A stretch of 64,000 nucleotides of DNA from Rebecca billardiae RCC1528. Its lineage: Eukaryota; Protista; Haptophyta. The stretch's first letter is position 1. Every line of letters starts with the position of its first letter. The DNA lies in contig OZ251242.1 in the NCBI GenBank assembly GCA_965240325.2, forward strand, positions 1,430,096-1,494,095, written 5' to 3'. Both the position numbers and the translations under genes were made by a program. A model generated the notes under the pieces. The model was not told the origin of the DNA. It did not search any database and was given only the letters and a program-made list of their open reading frames with translations. Below are positions 25,432 to 37,126 of the stretch, one piece after another.

Positions 25432-25827
25432 ATGTGGACGCCGACGCTGGCGGTGCACGACGCCTTCTCGGGCCTCGGCGCGCTGGCGCACGAGCTGCTC
25501 GGCGCGCTGGCGAGCAGCCTCGACGCGCTCCTGCTGCAGCCGAGCGCCGCGCACCCCGACCACTCGGCGCGCGCGGGCGGCGGCTGGCGCACGCCGCTGC
25601 TCGAGCTCGTGCGGCACGCGCTGGCGCCCTTCTTCCTGCACAACGTGGTGCTGGCGCACTGCGGCGGCGCGCTCGCGGGCACGCTGCTCGCCTCTTCGCT
25701 CTGCGTGCCTGACGCGCCGCACGGCGCGGGCTTGAGCCTGGGCGGCGCTTACGGCGGCGGCGAGGCCATACCCGGCCTGCTGGCGGGCGGTGCGCTGCGC
25801 ATCGGGCAGTCGAGTGCCGCCTTGTAG
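25432..25827 (+). CDS. Small hypothetical hydrophobic protein
   Basis: 131-codon ORF with host-like GC3 bias, preceded by an AT-richer promoter-like stretch. No recognisable family. Confidence 0.45.
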   Translation: MWTPTLAVHDAFSGLGALAHELLGALASSLDALLLQPSAAHPDHSARAGGGWRTPLLELVRHALAPFFLHNVVLAHCGGALAGTLLASSLCVPDAPHGAGLSLGGAYGGGEAIPGLLAGGALRIGQSSAAL

Positions 25828-26342
25828 CGCCGGCACGCGGCCGGTGGCCACCGCGGCCACGGGCGCGTGCGCCGTCGAGGGCTGCGCAGCGGCCAGCGTA
25901 CTGTCCTCGGCTGTGGCCGCGGCGTCGCTGACTACGACCATAACGATCGACGGACATTCCCGTCTCAGCATCATGGTTGAGCGCGTGCGCCGCCACGGCA
26001 GACGAACGCGCACGATTCGCATAGCGACGATTATTGCTGACTGCTGATGATGTATAGATCGATATGATGATGCATGACCCGCGTCGTCTTACAGTAACCA
26101 TTCTATTAGTAAAATCATCTGCTGCCATAGCTTAGCGCACCGCGCCTGTCCCGTTAGTCCGCGCAGTGTCACCGTCGGCTGCGCCGCTGTCAGAGTGTCA
26201 CATCGCATGCCGTCAGGAGTGACCTGACGGCGACGCATGAGTGCGTGCTGGCGGCGGGCGTCGGGGAGCGCACGCCCATCACACCGATGGCATGCCGCGG
26301 CGGCGCTACTCGCCGAGACCGCGGTGGCGCCGACAGCCGCCC

Positions 26343-27848
26343 CTACGCCTCCGGGCGTTCGCCCGTCACGTGTCGCACGAGCGCCGGCGGCGGCGTGTTG
26401 CGCGCGCGCGCCGCGCGCGGGTGCAGCAGCCGCCACGCCTGGCGGCGCAGCGCGCGCGCCGCGCCGTGCAGCGCGCGCACGCCGCCCCTGCGCGTGCCGC
26501 CGAGCAGCGCGAGGTACTCGGCGGTCGCGCCGTGCCAGTCGTGCCCCGGCCCGGCGGGCTCGACGTACAGCTCGTGCGCCGACAGCCTCCCCGAGCCGTC
26601 CGCGTCCAGCCGCCTGAAGTGCGCGCGCACCGCGCCCACCACCTCGTCCTCCACCGAGTACACGGCCGCCAGCACGTGCGAGACGAACGCGTCCTCGGAG
26701 AGCGAGTGGTTGGCGGCGGCGTGGAGGAGGGCGGGGAGGGAGGCGCAGCGGCGGAGGGTCCACTGCGCCGACGCGCGCGCGGCGAGCTCGCGCACCGCGC
26801 CCGCCACGCACGTCACGCTCAGCGGCAGGTAGGCGCACGCCAGCGCGCGCCCGCGCGCCGTGCTTGGCGCCAGGTCTCCGAACCCGACTGTGGTCACCGA
26901 GCACGCGGCGAAGTAGAGCGCGTCGAGCGGCGCCCAGCCCTCGGCGCGGGAGAAGGCGGCGGCGCCGCCGAAGAGGCAGAGCCAGATCGGCATGGACGCG
27001 CGCGCGAACGGCTGCAGCGCCGAGGCGCGCGCGCCCACGGCGCGCGCGCCGCGCGCGAGCGCGCGCAGCGCGCGCCGCACGCGCGGCGCGGGCCGCGCGC
27101 GCCGCGCCGGCGCGAGCGCCGCGCCGCCGGCCTCGGCGGCGGGCTCCGGCGCGCGCGCGCCGGCGTCGGCGGCCTGCAGCCGCACCAGCCGGCGCAGCGA
27201 GCCCACCGACATCCGCACCAGCGCCCTCTCCGCCGCGAGCTGCACCTCGAGCACCGCGGCCACGCACGAGGCAAGCGCGTACCAGAGCACGCCCACGGAC
27301 GCGAGCGCAAACCCGACGGTGAACGCGCGGCACGCGGGGCCGCGCGGCGCGAGGTCGCCGTAGCCGACGGTGGTGACGGTCGAGGCGAGGAAGTACGCCG
27401 TGTCCAGCCACGACCAGCCCTCGTGCCGCGCGTACACGCGCGCGGCCGCCGTGAGCGCGGCGGCGACAAAGGCGAGCGGCGGGAGCGCGCGCAGCAGCAG
27501 CGCGCGCGCGCGGCGCTCGGGGCGCTCCGCGTCGGGCGCGGCGGGCGCGTCGGGGAAGGGAACGGGCGTGGGCGTCGCCAGCAGCGCGCGCGGCGCCGCG
27601 CGCGCGCCCAGCCGCGCGCCGCGCGCGCGCGTGGCCGACGCGGCCGCGCGCGGCCGCGCGGCGTACGGCACGCACGGCTCGGCGCCGAGCAGCAGCAGCA
27701 GCAGCGGCAGCAGCAGCAGCGGCGGCGGCGAGAGCACGCGGGCGCGGCCGAGCCGCCGCGCGTACGCGCGCGGGCGGTGGGCGCCCTGCGCTGCCCGATC
27801 CGCGTGCGCCTCCCTCGGCTTCGCGGGCGGGCGGCCGCCGCCGGCCAT
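26343..27848 (-). CDS. Two-pore (TPK/K2P-type) potassium channel with EF-hand
   Basis: Two pore loops (YFLASTVTTVGYGDLAP, YFAACSVTTVGFGDLAP) and a C-terminal EF-hand FRRLDADGSGRLSAHE. Confidence 0.9.
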   Translation of the reverse strand: MAGGGRPPAKPREAHADRAAQGAHRPRAYARRLGRARVLSPPPLLLLPLLLLLLGAEPCVPYAARPRAAASATRARGARLGARAAPRALLATPTPVPFPDAPAAPDAERPERRARALLLRALPPLAFVAAALTAAARVYARHEGWSWLDTAYFLASTVTTVGYGDLAPRGPACRAFTVGFALASVGVLWYALASCVAAVLEVQLAAERALVRMSVGSLRRLVRLQAADAGARAPEPAAEAGGAALAPARRARPAPRVRRALRALARGARAVGARASALQPFARASMPIWLCLFGGAAAFSRAEGWAPLDALYFAACSVTTVGFGDLAPSTARGRALACAYLPLSVTCVAGAVRELAARASAQWTLRRCASLPALLHAAANHSLSEDAFVSHVLAAVYSVEDEVVGAVRAHFRRLDADGSGRLSAHELYVEPAGPGHDWHGATAEYLALLGGTRRGGVRALHGAARALRRQAWRLLHPRAARARNTPPPALVRHVTGERPEA

Positions 27849-28075
27849 CTCGGAGACTCGGACGGTGTTCGAGCCGCCTCGCCGCCTCGCGTGCCGGTTG
27901 ACCCACATCCAGACTCCAGAGCCCTCTCTTCAGACTTGAGCAGCGGCAGCCATCATTGTGCGACGAACGCCATCGTTGGCAGCGCCGTGTCCACGGTCGG
28001 CTCGTTCGCCGAGCTCGTCTGCACCCGCCCAGCCTCGCCCGCTCGCGCAACCGCGCGGCCCCAATCGTCGCAGCC

Positions 28076-28451
28076 ATGAGCGGGCGCGTGCAGAAAGTGA
28101 TGACCCAGCCCATCGTACGCGCGCCACGCGGCGCGGCGACGCGCGGCGCCCTCGCGGCGCGCGCGTGCACGGCGCGCGCGCTGACGCGATCGCCTCGTCG
28201 CCGCGCCGCGCCGGCGCGGCCGCGCGCAGAACCTCATCTTCCGATATCTGCAGAACAAGACGAGGATACAGGTGTGGCTGTACGAGCAGACTGATCTGCG
28301 GATCGAGGGGCGCATCATCGGCTTCGACGAGTTCATGAACCTCGTGCTCGACGACGCGGAGGAGGTGAACAAGAAGAAGAAGACGCGACGAACGCTCGGG
28401 CGCATCCTGCTCAAGGGCGACAACATCACGCTGCTCATGAGCGTCGAATAA
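28076..28451 (+). CDS. SNRPE: Small nuclear ribonucleoprotein E (SmE); intron 28115-28229
   Basis: [13 protein letters not shown]|[45 protein letters not shown]...[13 protein letters not shown]. Confidence 0.97.
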
Positions 28452-29146
28452 TGAACCGGGCGCGGGGCGGGTGGCCCGCGGGCAGGGGCCGGGCCGGCGA
28501 GCGCCACCACGATCAGCATGCGGCAGTGCCGCTGCGCCGCTCAGTCGCTGCTGCGCCGCGGGCGCCCGGCCGCGCCAGCGTGTGCTGAGCGCGCGAGGCA
28601 TACGGGCCGCCAGCGCCGCGGCCGCTTACTCTGCTCACAACCGACTGCATGTGGCGCCGTGGGCCTTGCATCCCGCCATACCGGTTGCGGCTCGTTGGCT
28701 GGCATCACCCGATGCCCGGAGTCACCGAGTGCCCCGGGACCCGGACCCGGCCGCGCGGCAGCCGCCTCGGGCCATTGCGGGCCACGCGCCCCTGGCAGAG
28801 TCTCGGGCTCGGCGCTGGCTGACGTTACCTCAGCACGACTGCCTCTGAATCGCGTCGTCACGCGAGTCGGGCCGTCGTCACGACCACTGTGTGTCAGGGA
28901 TCGACTCGTCGTGCATTCTCTCTGTCAGTGAGGACGGGTGCAGAGTCAGAGTGCAATGACTGTGCCGCTTGTCAGTGACTCTGTCACTGACAGCAAGTTG
29001 AAAGACGTGTGAGTGGCCCGTGAAAAAACAAATTCGTAGTCGACGCGATATTCGTCGCGGAACTCGGAAAATCGTGGAGGAGTGGTGCGCTTTCCCGCCT
29101 GGCCCCCCGCGCTCGTCCGTCCACCGCAAGCACGCCGGCGGGCACA

Positions 29147-30181
29147 ATGGTGACGGTGGAGGAGCACGACGACTTTGTGGTGCTGTCCGCGCCAGCCATG
29201 GCGCCCACCGTCGACAACGCCCCGCCGACGCCGCCCGCGCCCGCCGCTCCGCCGACTGCGCATGCCGACGATGTGCCGGCGGGCAGCGCTTCGGAGCCGT
29301 CGCCTGTGCGGCCGCCGGTGGGGAGGACAGCCCCGGTGGCGTCTCAGACGGAGGCGCGGACGGGCGTGTCAGTCGCGTGGCTCTTTCTCATCCCCGTCGC
29401 ACTCGCCATCTTCTGCGTCGGCGTCGACATTGGCTCCGCCCTGGAGGCGCACGCCACCAGCAGCGCCGAGCGCGAGCGGCGGTCTGCGGACGGCGGGCAC
29501 ACCCTCGCGGCAGGGCTGTCGGCAGAGGCCGAGGCCGAGGTCTCGACGCGCGCTAGCAGCCTGGCGCCAACGTGCGGGCCACACGCCGAGGATGCGGTGC
29601 GGGCAGCCGCGACCCGCTCCCCGCAGCGCGGCGCGTCCGCGCGGCGCGTGAGCTGGCGCTGACGCCCCTGCGCGCCGCCGCGGCGACCGCCGTGCCCCGT
29701 GCGCGTGCGTGCCCCCGCCCCCTCCGCCCTTGCTCGCGCCGCCGCCGCGCAGGCGGCCGCCGACGCCTGGATCGGCCTTGAGCCCCTCGAGCGCGAGCTC
29801 ACCGCCACGCGCGCGCGCGCACAGGCCGCGGAGCGCGAGGCGCACGAGCTGCGCGCGCAGCTCGAGCAGCTGCGCGCGCGCTCGAGCGCGCTGGTCGCGC
29901 ACCTCAACTACACGTACGCCGTGAGCGCCAAGTGGGAGTCGATCGCCCGCGCCGGGATCGCCGCGCACAACCGGTGGAAGGCGCGCGAGCTCCAGCGCAA
30001 GATGCTCTGGCGGCAGGCACAGATGCGGGACGCCGCGCGCGCCCGCGCGGCGGGCGTGCAGCAGCAGCTGGCGCGTGGCGGCCGAGGCCGTGGCAAGGCC
30101 GGCTCGGCCAAGGCCAAGAAGGTGGCCGCCGACGCGCGCTGCGCAGAGCGCGAGTGCCCGCCGGCGCCCAAGCAGCAGTAG
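29147..30181 (+). CDS. Hypothetical single-pass membrane protein with coiled coil; intron about 29597-29752
   Basis: TM segment VSVAWLFLIPVALAIFCVGV. GTGCGG donor, GCTGAC branch site and CAG acceptor join in frame to the heptad-rich [29 protein letters not shown]. Confidence 0.6.
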
Positions 30182-30231
30182 CGCAGCTGTCGCTGCCCGG
30201 CTCAGTCCTCGGACGCACCGCCGGTGGCCGC

Positions 30232-30375
30232 GCCCACGGCCACCGAGTCGGGCGTGCCCCTCTGACAGGCCGCTCCCACCAAGGGCCTCGAACGGTCTGA
30301 GGGGCCCACGGCCACCGAGTCGGGCGTGCCCCTCTGACAGGCCGCTCCCACCAAGGGCCTCGAACGGTCTGAGGG
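30232..30375 (+). repeat. Perfect 72-bp tandem duplication
   Basis: GCCCACGGCCACCGAGTCGG...GAACGGTCTGAGGG occurs at 30232 and again at 30304. Confidence 0.95.
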
Positions 30376-31098
30376 CCGGGAGCACCACCACGGCACCTCG
30401 GCGCCATCTCCCGCCGAGCTGAGCGCGGCGTGCTGCGACGCTCGCCCCGGCCCTCCGTGGAGCAGCGCCGACCGCGCCGCGGCTGGCGTGGCGCCGTGCG
30501 CAGCCCTCGCGCCGCACGCCGCCAGGTCAGTGGCGCAGGAGCGAGGCAGGACTCCTGCGGCAGGACCGCCGCACCCCGTGGGGCGCCGGGGGCGCCGGGG
30601 CTCGCCATCACCGCAGCACCTGCACAGTACGTGCATGCACCCGTCGGTCAAGCGCGCCGTTCAGCATGGCCACCGTCGCGAGCTCACGCTCAGAGGCGGC
30701 CGTAGGCTGCGGCTGCCGACCCGGGCCGGACCGCCGCGGCGCCGCCGCGCTCCGCTTCCGCTGCCATGCTGCTCAGTGCTGCGCCGCTACTGGAGTCGCG
30801 GCTACTGCGCGCGCTGATGCTGCGTGCCACTGCTGATATTCTATATTCCGATATTCTATTCCGATGCTATATCTGCTGCTGCGCGTAGGCGTGCCATCCT
30901 CCGCCGCGCTGACCCGCCTGCAATACACTACGCACATCGTGCGCCTTCAGCTTGGGCCCGCGCTCCAGCGGCGCTCGGCACCGGGCCGCGTCAGTGCGCC
31001 GTCAGGCCGTTCGCAGCCCGACCGAGCAGAGGCTCAGCGCGGCGGGCGGGGTGTGGGCGCAGCGGCGGCGGGGCGGGCTCTCCGGACGAGTAGCGCCC

Positions 31099-31911
31099 TC
31101 AGCTCGCGCGCGCCTTGGGCAGCTGCCGGCAGCCGCGCTTCTCGAACTGCTGCGCCATCTGCTTGGCGTCGCACAGCACGGGGAAGAAGTGCACCTGCCC
31201 GCGCACGGCGCCCTGCGCCACCTTCTCCGCCGAGTTGGCGAGCGCGCCCGGCCCGGCGTCCCACTCGCTCTCGGGCGTCTGGTTCTCCTTGAAGTACACG
31301 AGGATCGGCGGCAGCCCCGCCTCCAGCCAGCCGTCCGGGAAGAAGGCCCAGTTGACAAACGCGCGGTACGGCCAGCGGTTGGCGCCGCCCACCAGGATGT
31401 TCTCGCCGCTGGCCTGCAGCCCGTCGGGCGCGTCGTCGTCGCCCGGCAGCGACTTGGGCGCCATCTTCAGCTCGAACGCCTCGTCGTCGAACACGAAGCG
31501 GATGCGCGACGCCTGCACGGCGAAGAGCGCGCCGAGCAGCAGCCCGAGCACGCCCGGCCCCTCGAGCAGCAGGCCGACGTACGGCAGCGGCACGGAGCTG
31601 CCGGCGTAGAAGAGCGCGGTGCCCAGCGCGACGAAGATCGCGGCGAGCGTGTAGTCCTCGCGGATCACCACCGGCGGCTCCGCCTTTGCGCGCGTCGGCC
31701 TCGGCTGCGGCTTCTTGCCGCCGAACACGCCCTTGAACAGCTTCGCCACGCCCGCGGGCGCGAAGAAGTCGTCCCCCATGTCCTCGGGCAGGTTCATGCG
31801 CACGCGCGCGGGCGGGCGCGCCAGCGCGCTCGCACGCGCCGGCGTGGGCCGCACGCTCGGCTGCGCGTGCAGCCCGAGCACCGCGAGCGCCGCGGTCGTC
31901 GCGAGCAGCAT
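31099..31911 (-). CDS. DUF3119-family plastid membrane protein with bipartite presequence
   Basis: Signal peptide followed by a basic transit-like stretch. Motifs RIRFVFDDEAFE, ENILVGGANRW, PILVYFKENQT, QVHFFPVLCD. Confidence 0.8.
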   Translation of the reverse strand: MLLATTAALAVLGLHAQPSVRPTPARASALARPPARVRMNLPEDMGDDFFAPAGVAKLFKGVFGGKKPQPRPTRAKAEPPVVIREDYTLAAIFVALGTALFYAGSSVPLPYVGLLLEGPGVLGLLLGALFAVQASRIRFVFDDEAFELKMAPKSLPGDDDAPDGLQASGENILVGGANRWPYRAFVNWAFFPDGWLEAGLPPILVYFKENQTPESEWDAGPGALANSAEKVAQGAVRGQVHFFPVLCDAKQMAQQFEKRGCRQLPKARAS

Positions 31912-32155
31912 GCTGGCGGCCGACGACGCGACGATGTGCCGAGTCGTGAGCGGAGTGGTGTCCAGATTCGCGCACCGACGACGGAGGTACCCGCCCTATC
32001 GAGACCGACCGTAAATCGATGACCCGCCGATTATCCGCGGCATATCAATTATTAACTTCACGACCGCGCGCCCACCGGGCTACCGATCGACAGGGCGGGT
32101 GCGCATCAAGATCGCTGCGCGAGGTCGTCGCGCCGTCGCAGCACGCGCGCGAGGC

Positions 32156-33500
32156 CTACGCGGCGGCGGCGTCCGCCTGCTCGGCGGGCGTGGTCGTGAG
32201 CTCTGGCCTCGGCGGCGGATTGGTGGGCGTGCCGTCCGCGGTGACGACGAGGTACGGCCCCTCGTCGACCGGCCAGAGCGAGCAGAAGCACTGCAGCAGC
32301 CACGCCTCGGACACGACGCAGATGGGCTCGCGCCCCTCCTTGGCGCGCTCTGCGCTCTCGCGCGTCGCCTGCCGCACCTTTGGGCTCTGGCTCCAGTCGA
32401 CCGGCCGCTCGCCTGAGCGGCCCGAGCCGGAGTCGCGCACGACGAGGTGCGTGGTCGAGGCGCGCACGCTGAAGGAGAGCGACGCGCCGAAGCGCACGGC
32501 CAGCCGGCACGCGGGCTCCTCGCGCATCGCCTCCGCCGTCGGGTGCTTGTACCCGGTGAGGGACAGCTCCACGTGCGCCATCAGAGGGCGGCACAGCTCA
32601 GAGAGGACGACGCGCGCGTCGCGTGCCACGCCGCCCACGGGCGCGGCGGGCGCGCCGGCGCGGATGCCGAGGCACGCGGAGTGCACGTGGCGCAGGTACT
32701 GCGGCAGCACGTGCAGCGCCGAGTCACGCCGGTCGCCCACGAAGCGCGAGATCAGGATGAGGTTGGGCACGTGCTCGCGCCTGCCGCGCGCGCGCCGCAC
32801 GCGCGCCGCACGCGCGCGGCAGCGGTGTGGCGCGCGCGTCAGCGCGGGAGGGAGCGGGCGAGAGCGAGCGGGCGAGAGGGAGAGGGGCGCGGCGGCGAGG
32901 CGCGCGCGCGCGCACCATGCGTACAGCGCGTCGTCGATCACGAGCACGGAGCGCTCGTCCACGCCGACGCGCGCGAGCTCCTTGGTGGTGCGGTCGTGCT
33001 CGGGCGTCCACACGCACACCTGGCCGGGCGGGAACACCTCGCCCTCGGGGTCGAGCACGGGCAGCACCTGCGCGGCGGAGAGGGCACGAGGGCGCGGCTG
33101 GGCGCCGGCGGCCCCGTGCGCAGCGCGCCCTGCCGCGCGCGCTGGTGCGCACCTGCGAGACGTACTCCTGCGTGCCCATCGTGTACAGGAAGCACGTGTA
33201 CAGCCGCGACATCTTGTGCAAGAACTCGACCGCGCCCGGGCGGAGCAGCACGTCGAAGCGCTCGTCGCCGAGCACGACGACGCATGACTCGAGCTCGGGC
33301 AGCCCGGGCGTCATCTCCTTCGCCGAGAGCACCGGCGGCGGCGTGCGGTCCTTCCGCAGCGCGTACACGAGCGTCTCGTCGAGGTCGATCACGAGGCACA
33401 GCTTGTCCGGCCGGGCCTCGACGCGCTGCCCGCGCGCGGCGTAGCTGCGCGGCGAGAGGATCTGCTCGGGGGGCACCGGCGGCGGCTGCATGCGCTCCAT
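32156..33500 (-). CDS. FCP1-like RNA polymerase II CTD phosphatase (NIF/HAD + BRCT); introns 33068-33152 and 32781-32915
   Basis: LVIDLDETLV (DxDxT), LRPGAVEFL, YTMGTQEY, VLVIDD, and a BRCT-like THLVV...VVSEAWLLQC...VDEGPY. Confidence 0.88.
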
Positions 33501-33684
33501 CCGCCCGCTGGCGGCCGCGCGCCGCGCGCGTGCTCCGTGGCCGCGCGGATGCGTTCCCGCTGCCGCCCTCGCAGCGCTGTGTCCTGAGCAACTCCCTGTC
33601 GCCACTAGTCCTGCTGGCGTGGGCGTGCGCAGCAGCTGCAGTGGCAAGCAGTCCTGCAGTCCTGCTCATTCCTCGCAGCGCACA

Positions 33685-34680
33685 ATGGCGGCCCCGGGCG
33701 GCGACGACGAGGCCCAACGCTTTGCGCGAGAGGGGTACGCGGTCGTGCACGACGCGGTGCCGGGTGGTGCGGTCGCGGCGCTCGCCGCGGAGTGCGACGC
33801 CCTCGCCGCCACGCGCGCGCGGCTCGCGCGCAAGCGCGCGCGCGCCCAAGAGCAGCGAGCGACGGAGGCGCGGCGCGGCCGCGCCGACGCCGACGCCGAC
33901 GCCGCGTCCTCGTCCGAGTCGGACGAGGACCCGCTGCTCGACCCGTTCGAGCGCGTGCACGTGGCGGAGGACGATCCCGTGCGCACCGACGCGCGCGCCT
34001 GGCTCCGCGCGCGATCCGCCGCCGCCGCCGCCGTGGGCGCCTCCGAGTGCGCGTGGGCGCCGGACGGTCCGCTCGCGCGGCTCGTGCTGAGCCAGCTGCC
34101 CGAGATGGTCGCCCGCCTGCTCGGCGCGGCGGCGCGCGCGGGCGGCGCGCGCGTGGTGCTGTTCAGCGAGCACTACGTGCGCAAGCCCGCGCGCACCGAC
34201 GCCGTGTACGCGTGGCACACCGACGCGGCCGAGCAGCTGCCGCCGCACCCGACGCGCCGCGGCGTGTGCGCGCGGTCCACGGCTAGGTACGTGTCGGTGT
34301 GGGTGGCGCTCGACCCCGTGGGCGCGCACAACGGCGGCGTGCGCGTGCTGCCGCGGCCGGCGGCGCGCGAGCTCGGGCTCGGGCCGCTGGACGACGGCCA
34401 CGTCGCCGCGGAGCGCGTCGAGGCCGCCGCGCCCTGCGGCGCGGTGCGGCTCTTCCCGCTGGCGCCGGGCGCGTGCGCGGCGTGGGGCAGCGACGTGTGG
34501 CACGCGTCCGGGCCCAACCGCGCGGCGGCCGCGCGGCGCGCGTACATGGCGCAGTACGCGCTCGTCGGCGCCGACGACGAGGCGGGCGCCGACGGCGGGG
34601 CGCTTGCGCCGCTGAGCCTCGCCGTCCCGCCGCTGCGCGCGACCGCCCGCCGAGCGGCGAGCGGAGATGGCGCCGAGTGA
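33685..34680 (+). CDS. Phytanoyl-CoA dioxygenase (PhyH)-family 2OG-Fe(II) enzyme
   Basis: FAREGYAVV, WHTD (HxD), VWVALD...NGGVRVLP, WHASGPN...RRA. Confidence 0.88.
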   Translation: MAAPGGDDEAQRFAREGYAVVHDAVPGGAVAALAAECDALAATRARLARKRARAQEQRATEARRGRADADADAASSSESDEDPLLDPFERVHVAEDDPVRTDARAWLRARSAAAAAVGASECAWAPDGPLARLVLSQLPEMVARLLGAAARAGGARVVLFSEHYVRKPARTDAVYAWHTDAAEQLPPHPTRRGVCARSTARYVSVWVALDPVGAHNGGVRVLPRPAARELGLGPLDDGHVAAERVEAAAPCGAVRLFPLAPGACAAWGSDVWHASGPNRAAAARRAYMAQYALVGADDEAGADGGALAPLSLAVPPLRATARRAASGDGAE

Positions 34681-35011
34681 GCCCGCCCGTGCAGCAGAGG
34701 TTCTGGGCCGCTGCGGTTTGTGTCAGCTGTGTGCTTAGGAGGAGTCTGATTCACTGTACCCGCACATGGGCGCGAACGAGTCAGGCGCCAACCGTAAACG
34801 CCATTCAGATTCGTCGTCCCCGGGAACTTGCCGGAACGGGCGCCTTAACGCCTATGAGACGGCGGGTACCGCTCTCCTCTCCAACAACGCGTCGTTGGGT
34901 TACTGCTACGAGCAAGCCGGGCGGGGGCGCACGAGGCTGATGAGGGGGCGCGACCACCCTTGGAGCCACCACGGCTGCGACCGCCCACCTGCCCGACTCG
35001 GGGGCGCGGGA

Positions 35012-37126
35012 ATGGCCGTGTGCGACGCCGCTGCGGACGAGCTGCCGCGGGCGGGCAGCCTCGAGTATGGCTTCTGGCGCTTCGCCGACCCGTCGGTCGA
35101 GCGCGCCTTTTGCGCGTGGCTCGGCGCGCGCGAGGCCGCGTGGGTACGACGCATCTCGCTGTGCTGCGCGCTGCTCGGGCTGTGCCTCGAGCTGATGGCG
35201 GGCGCGGGGCGGCACTACGCCGCGTACGTGCGCGCGGCGGGATCGGCGCGCGTGGAGTCGGTCGGCGCGTGGCCGGCGTACGCGCACGCCGCGCACCTGC
35301 TCGCCTGCGCCGTGCTCGTCGGCCGCGGCCGCGTGCGCCCGTGGGCGGAGCGGCTGCTCGTGGGCTGCGCGTGCGGCGCGACGCTGTGGGCGACCTTCAT
35401 GGCGCTCGACGCGAAGCGCGACATGGCGCTGTCCGCGCTGCTGGACGAGGGCGGCTGCGCGCCCGGCTCGGCGTTCTGCCTCGCGCCCGAGTGGCGCGAG
35501 CCCGCGCTCGGCTCGGCGGGCGGGGAGGGCGGGGAGGGCGCGCTCCGCCCACTCGTGCGCGAGCTGCTGGAGCGCGCCGCGTTCGGGCGGCTCACGCTGG
35601 CGCACGCGCTGCTCGTGGGCGCGCACTGCATGTACGCGGCGCCGGGTGTGCAGGCGCTGAGCGGCATGGTGGGCCTGGCGTTCAGCCTGACCGTGCAGCT
35701 GCTGGCGCACGGCTCGCTGCCGTGCAGCGCCGTGGGCGTCGCCATCCTCATCAAGGTGGCGGCCGCGCAGGCGTTTGCGCGCTGCGCGCGCGCGCTCCGG
35801 CTGCAGCCGCAGCGCGAGCTCTTCGCGACGCTCGCGGCGCTGCGCCGCGCGGAGGCGGAGGCGGGCTGGTGCGCGGAGGCGGGCTGGTCCTGGTCCGCGC
35901 TGCTCGAGCGCGGCGGCTGCGCGGCCGACGGCGCGCGCCGTGCCGCCGTGTGCGCGAGCACGCCCTCAGCCGGCTCGTCCTCGTGCGGCGCCCTCTCCAA
36001 CCTCTCCGCGAGCTCAGAGGGGCCGGCCTCGCCGCACCAGCCGCACGCGCGGCTGCAGCTGCGGAGCGCGGCGGCCGCGGCCAAGCCGCGCTCGCTCTCG
36101 CCGCCCGCGCACACGCCGCTCGTGTCGCCGCCCGCCTCGCCGCGCGGCGCGCAGACGCCGGCGCTGCCCACGGCGCGCGCACAGCCGTGCGGCGCGTGCG
36201 CGGAGTGCGCGCTGCCCGCAGACGCGCTCCTCGCCGCCGCGTACGCTGCGGGCGCGCGCTCGGGCGCACCGCCGCCCAACGCCAACGCGCCGCAGCTGGC
36301 CGCGCACGCGGCCGCCGGCTGCGCCGCCGCGCTGCCGCCCACGGCGGAGGGCGAGATCGGCGCGCTGGTGGACGAGCTGCTGCGGCAGGACGCGGCGTGG
36401 GCGGAGGAGATGGCCGCCGCCATCGCCGACGGCGCGGTGGACGCGGCGGTGGGCGAGGCCACGGCGGGCGCGGTCGCGCGCGCGCTCGCAGACGCGGGCT
36501 GGGCCGAGGAGGCGGAGGGGGGCGACGACGCGGCGGCGGCGCCGAGTGCGCGCCCGGGCTGGTGCGCGGCCGCGGGCACGCCCACGCCGCCGCCCGCGTG
36601 CGCGTCGTCCTCCTCCTCGCGCGACGACGGCGCCACCACCGCCGCCGTCTCCGTCTCGGGCGGCGGCACGCCCGACACGCGCAGCGCGGACGCGCCGGGC
36701 GGCGCGCCGCCCGCCGTGTGCCGCGCGCCGCTGCCGCCGCCCGCCGCCGCGGTGCGCGCCGCGCCGCTCGGCGCGCCGCCGCCGCCGATGCCGCTGGCGC
36801 CGCGCCTGGCCGACCGCTCGGTCATCCGCGTCGAGGCGGCGCCGGCGCGGCGCACCATCGCGACGGTGGGCTCGGCGCGCGTCGTGCGCGAGGCGCGCGC
36901 CGCGCCCGGCGGCGCGGCGGCCACGGCGGGCGCGGGCGTGGCCAAGAGGTCGCAGCAGCAGCAGCCGCCGCCGCGGCCGCACGCGGCCGCGGGCGCCGCC
37001 AAGGCGGCGGCGCGCAAGGGGCGGTGCGAGCTGTGCGGTGCGCCCAAGCGCGGCTTCGGCGCGGGGTACTGCGCGAGCAAGGAGTGCCGCGCCACCTCGA
37101 CGATCGTCGTGTACCACGCGCGCTGA
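35012..37126 (+). CDS. Hypothetical multi-pass membrane protein with low-complexity tail and terminal Cys cluster
   Basis: Several hydrophobic helices after FADPSVERAF, host codon bias, C-terminal CELC...YCASKEC. Confidence 0.6.
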   Translation: MAVCDAAADELPRAGSLEYGFWRFADPSVERAFCAWLGAREAAWVRRISLCCALLGLCLELMAGAGRHYAAYVRAAGSARVESVGAWPAYAHAAHLLACAVLVGRGRVRPWAERLLVGCACGATLWATFMALDAKRDMALSALLDEGGCAPGSAFCLAPEWREPALGSAGGEGGEGALRPLVRELLERAAFGRLTLAHALLVGAHCMYAAPGVQALSGMVGLAFSLTVQLLAHGSLPCSAVGVAILIKVAAAQAFARCARALRLQPQRELFATLAALRRAEAEAGWCAEAGWSWSALLERGGCAADGARRAAVCASTPSAGSSSCGALSNLSASSEGPASPHQPHARLQLRSAAAAAKPRSLSPPAHTPLVSPPASPRGAQTPALPTARAQPCGACAECALPADALLAAAYAAGARSGAPPPNANAPQLAAHAAAGCAAALPPTAEGEIGALVDELLRQDAAWAEEMAAAIADGAVDAAVGEATAGAVARALADAGWAEEAEGGDDAAAAPSARPGWCAAAGTPTPPPACASSSSSRDDGATTAAVSVSGGGTPDTRSADAPGGAPPAVCRAPLPPPAAAVRAAPLGAPPPPMPLAPRLADRSVIRVEAAPARRTIATVGSARVVREARAAPGGAAATAGAGVAKRSQQQQPPPRPHAAAGAAKAAARKGRCELCGAPKRGFGAGYCASKECRATSTIVVYHAR

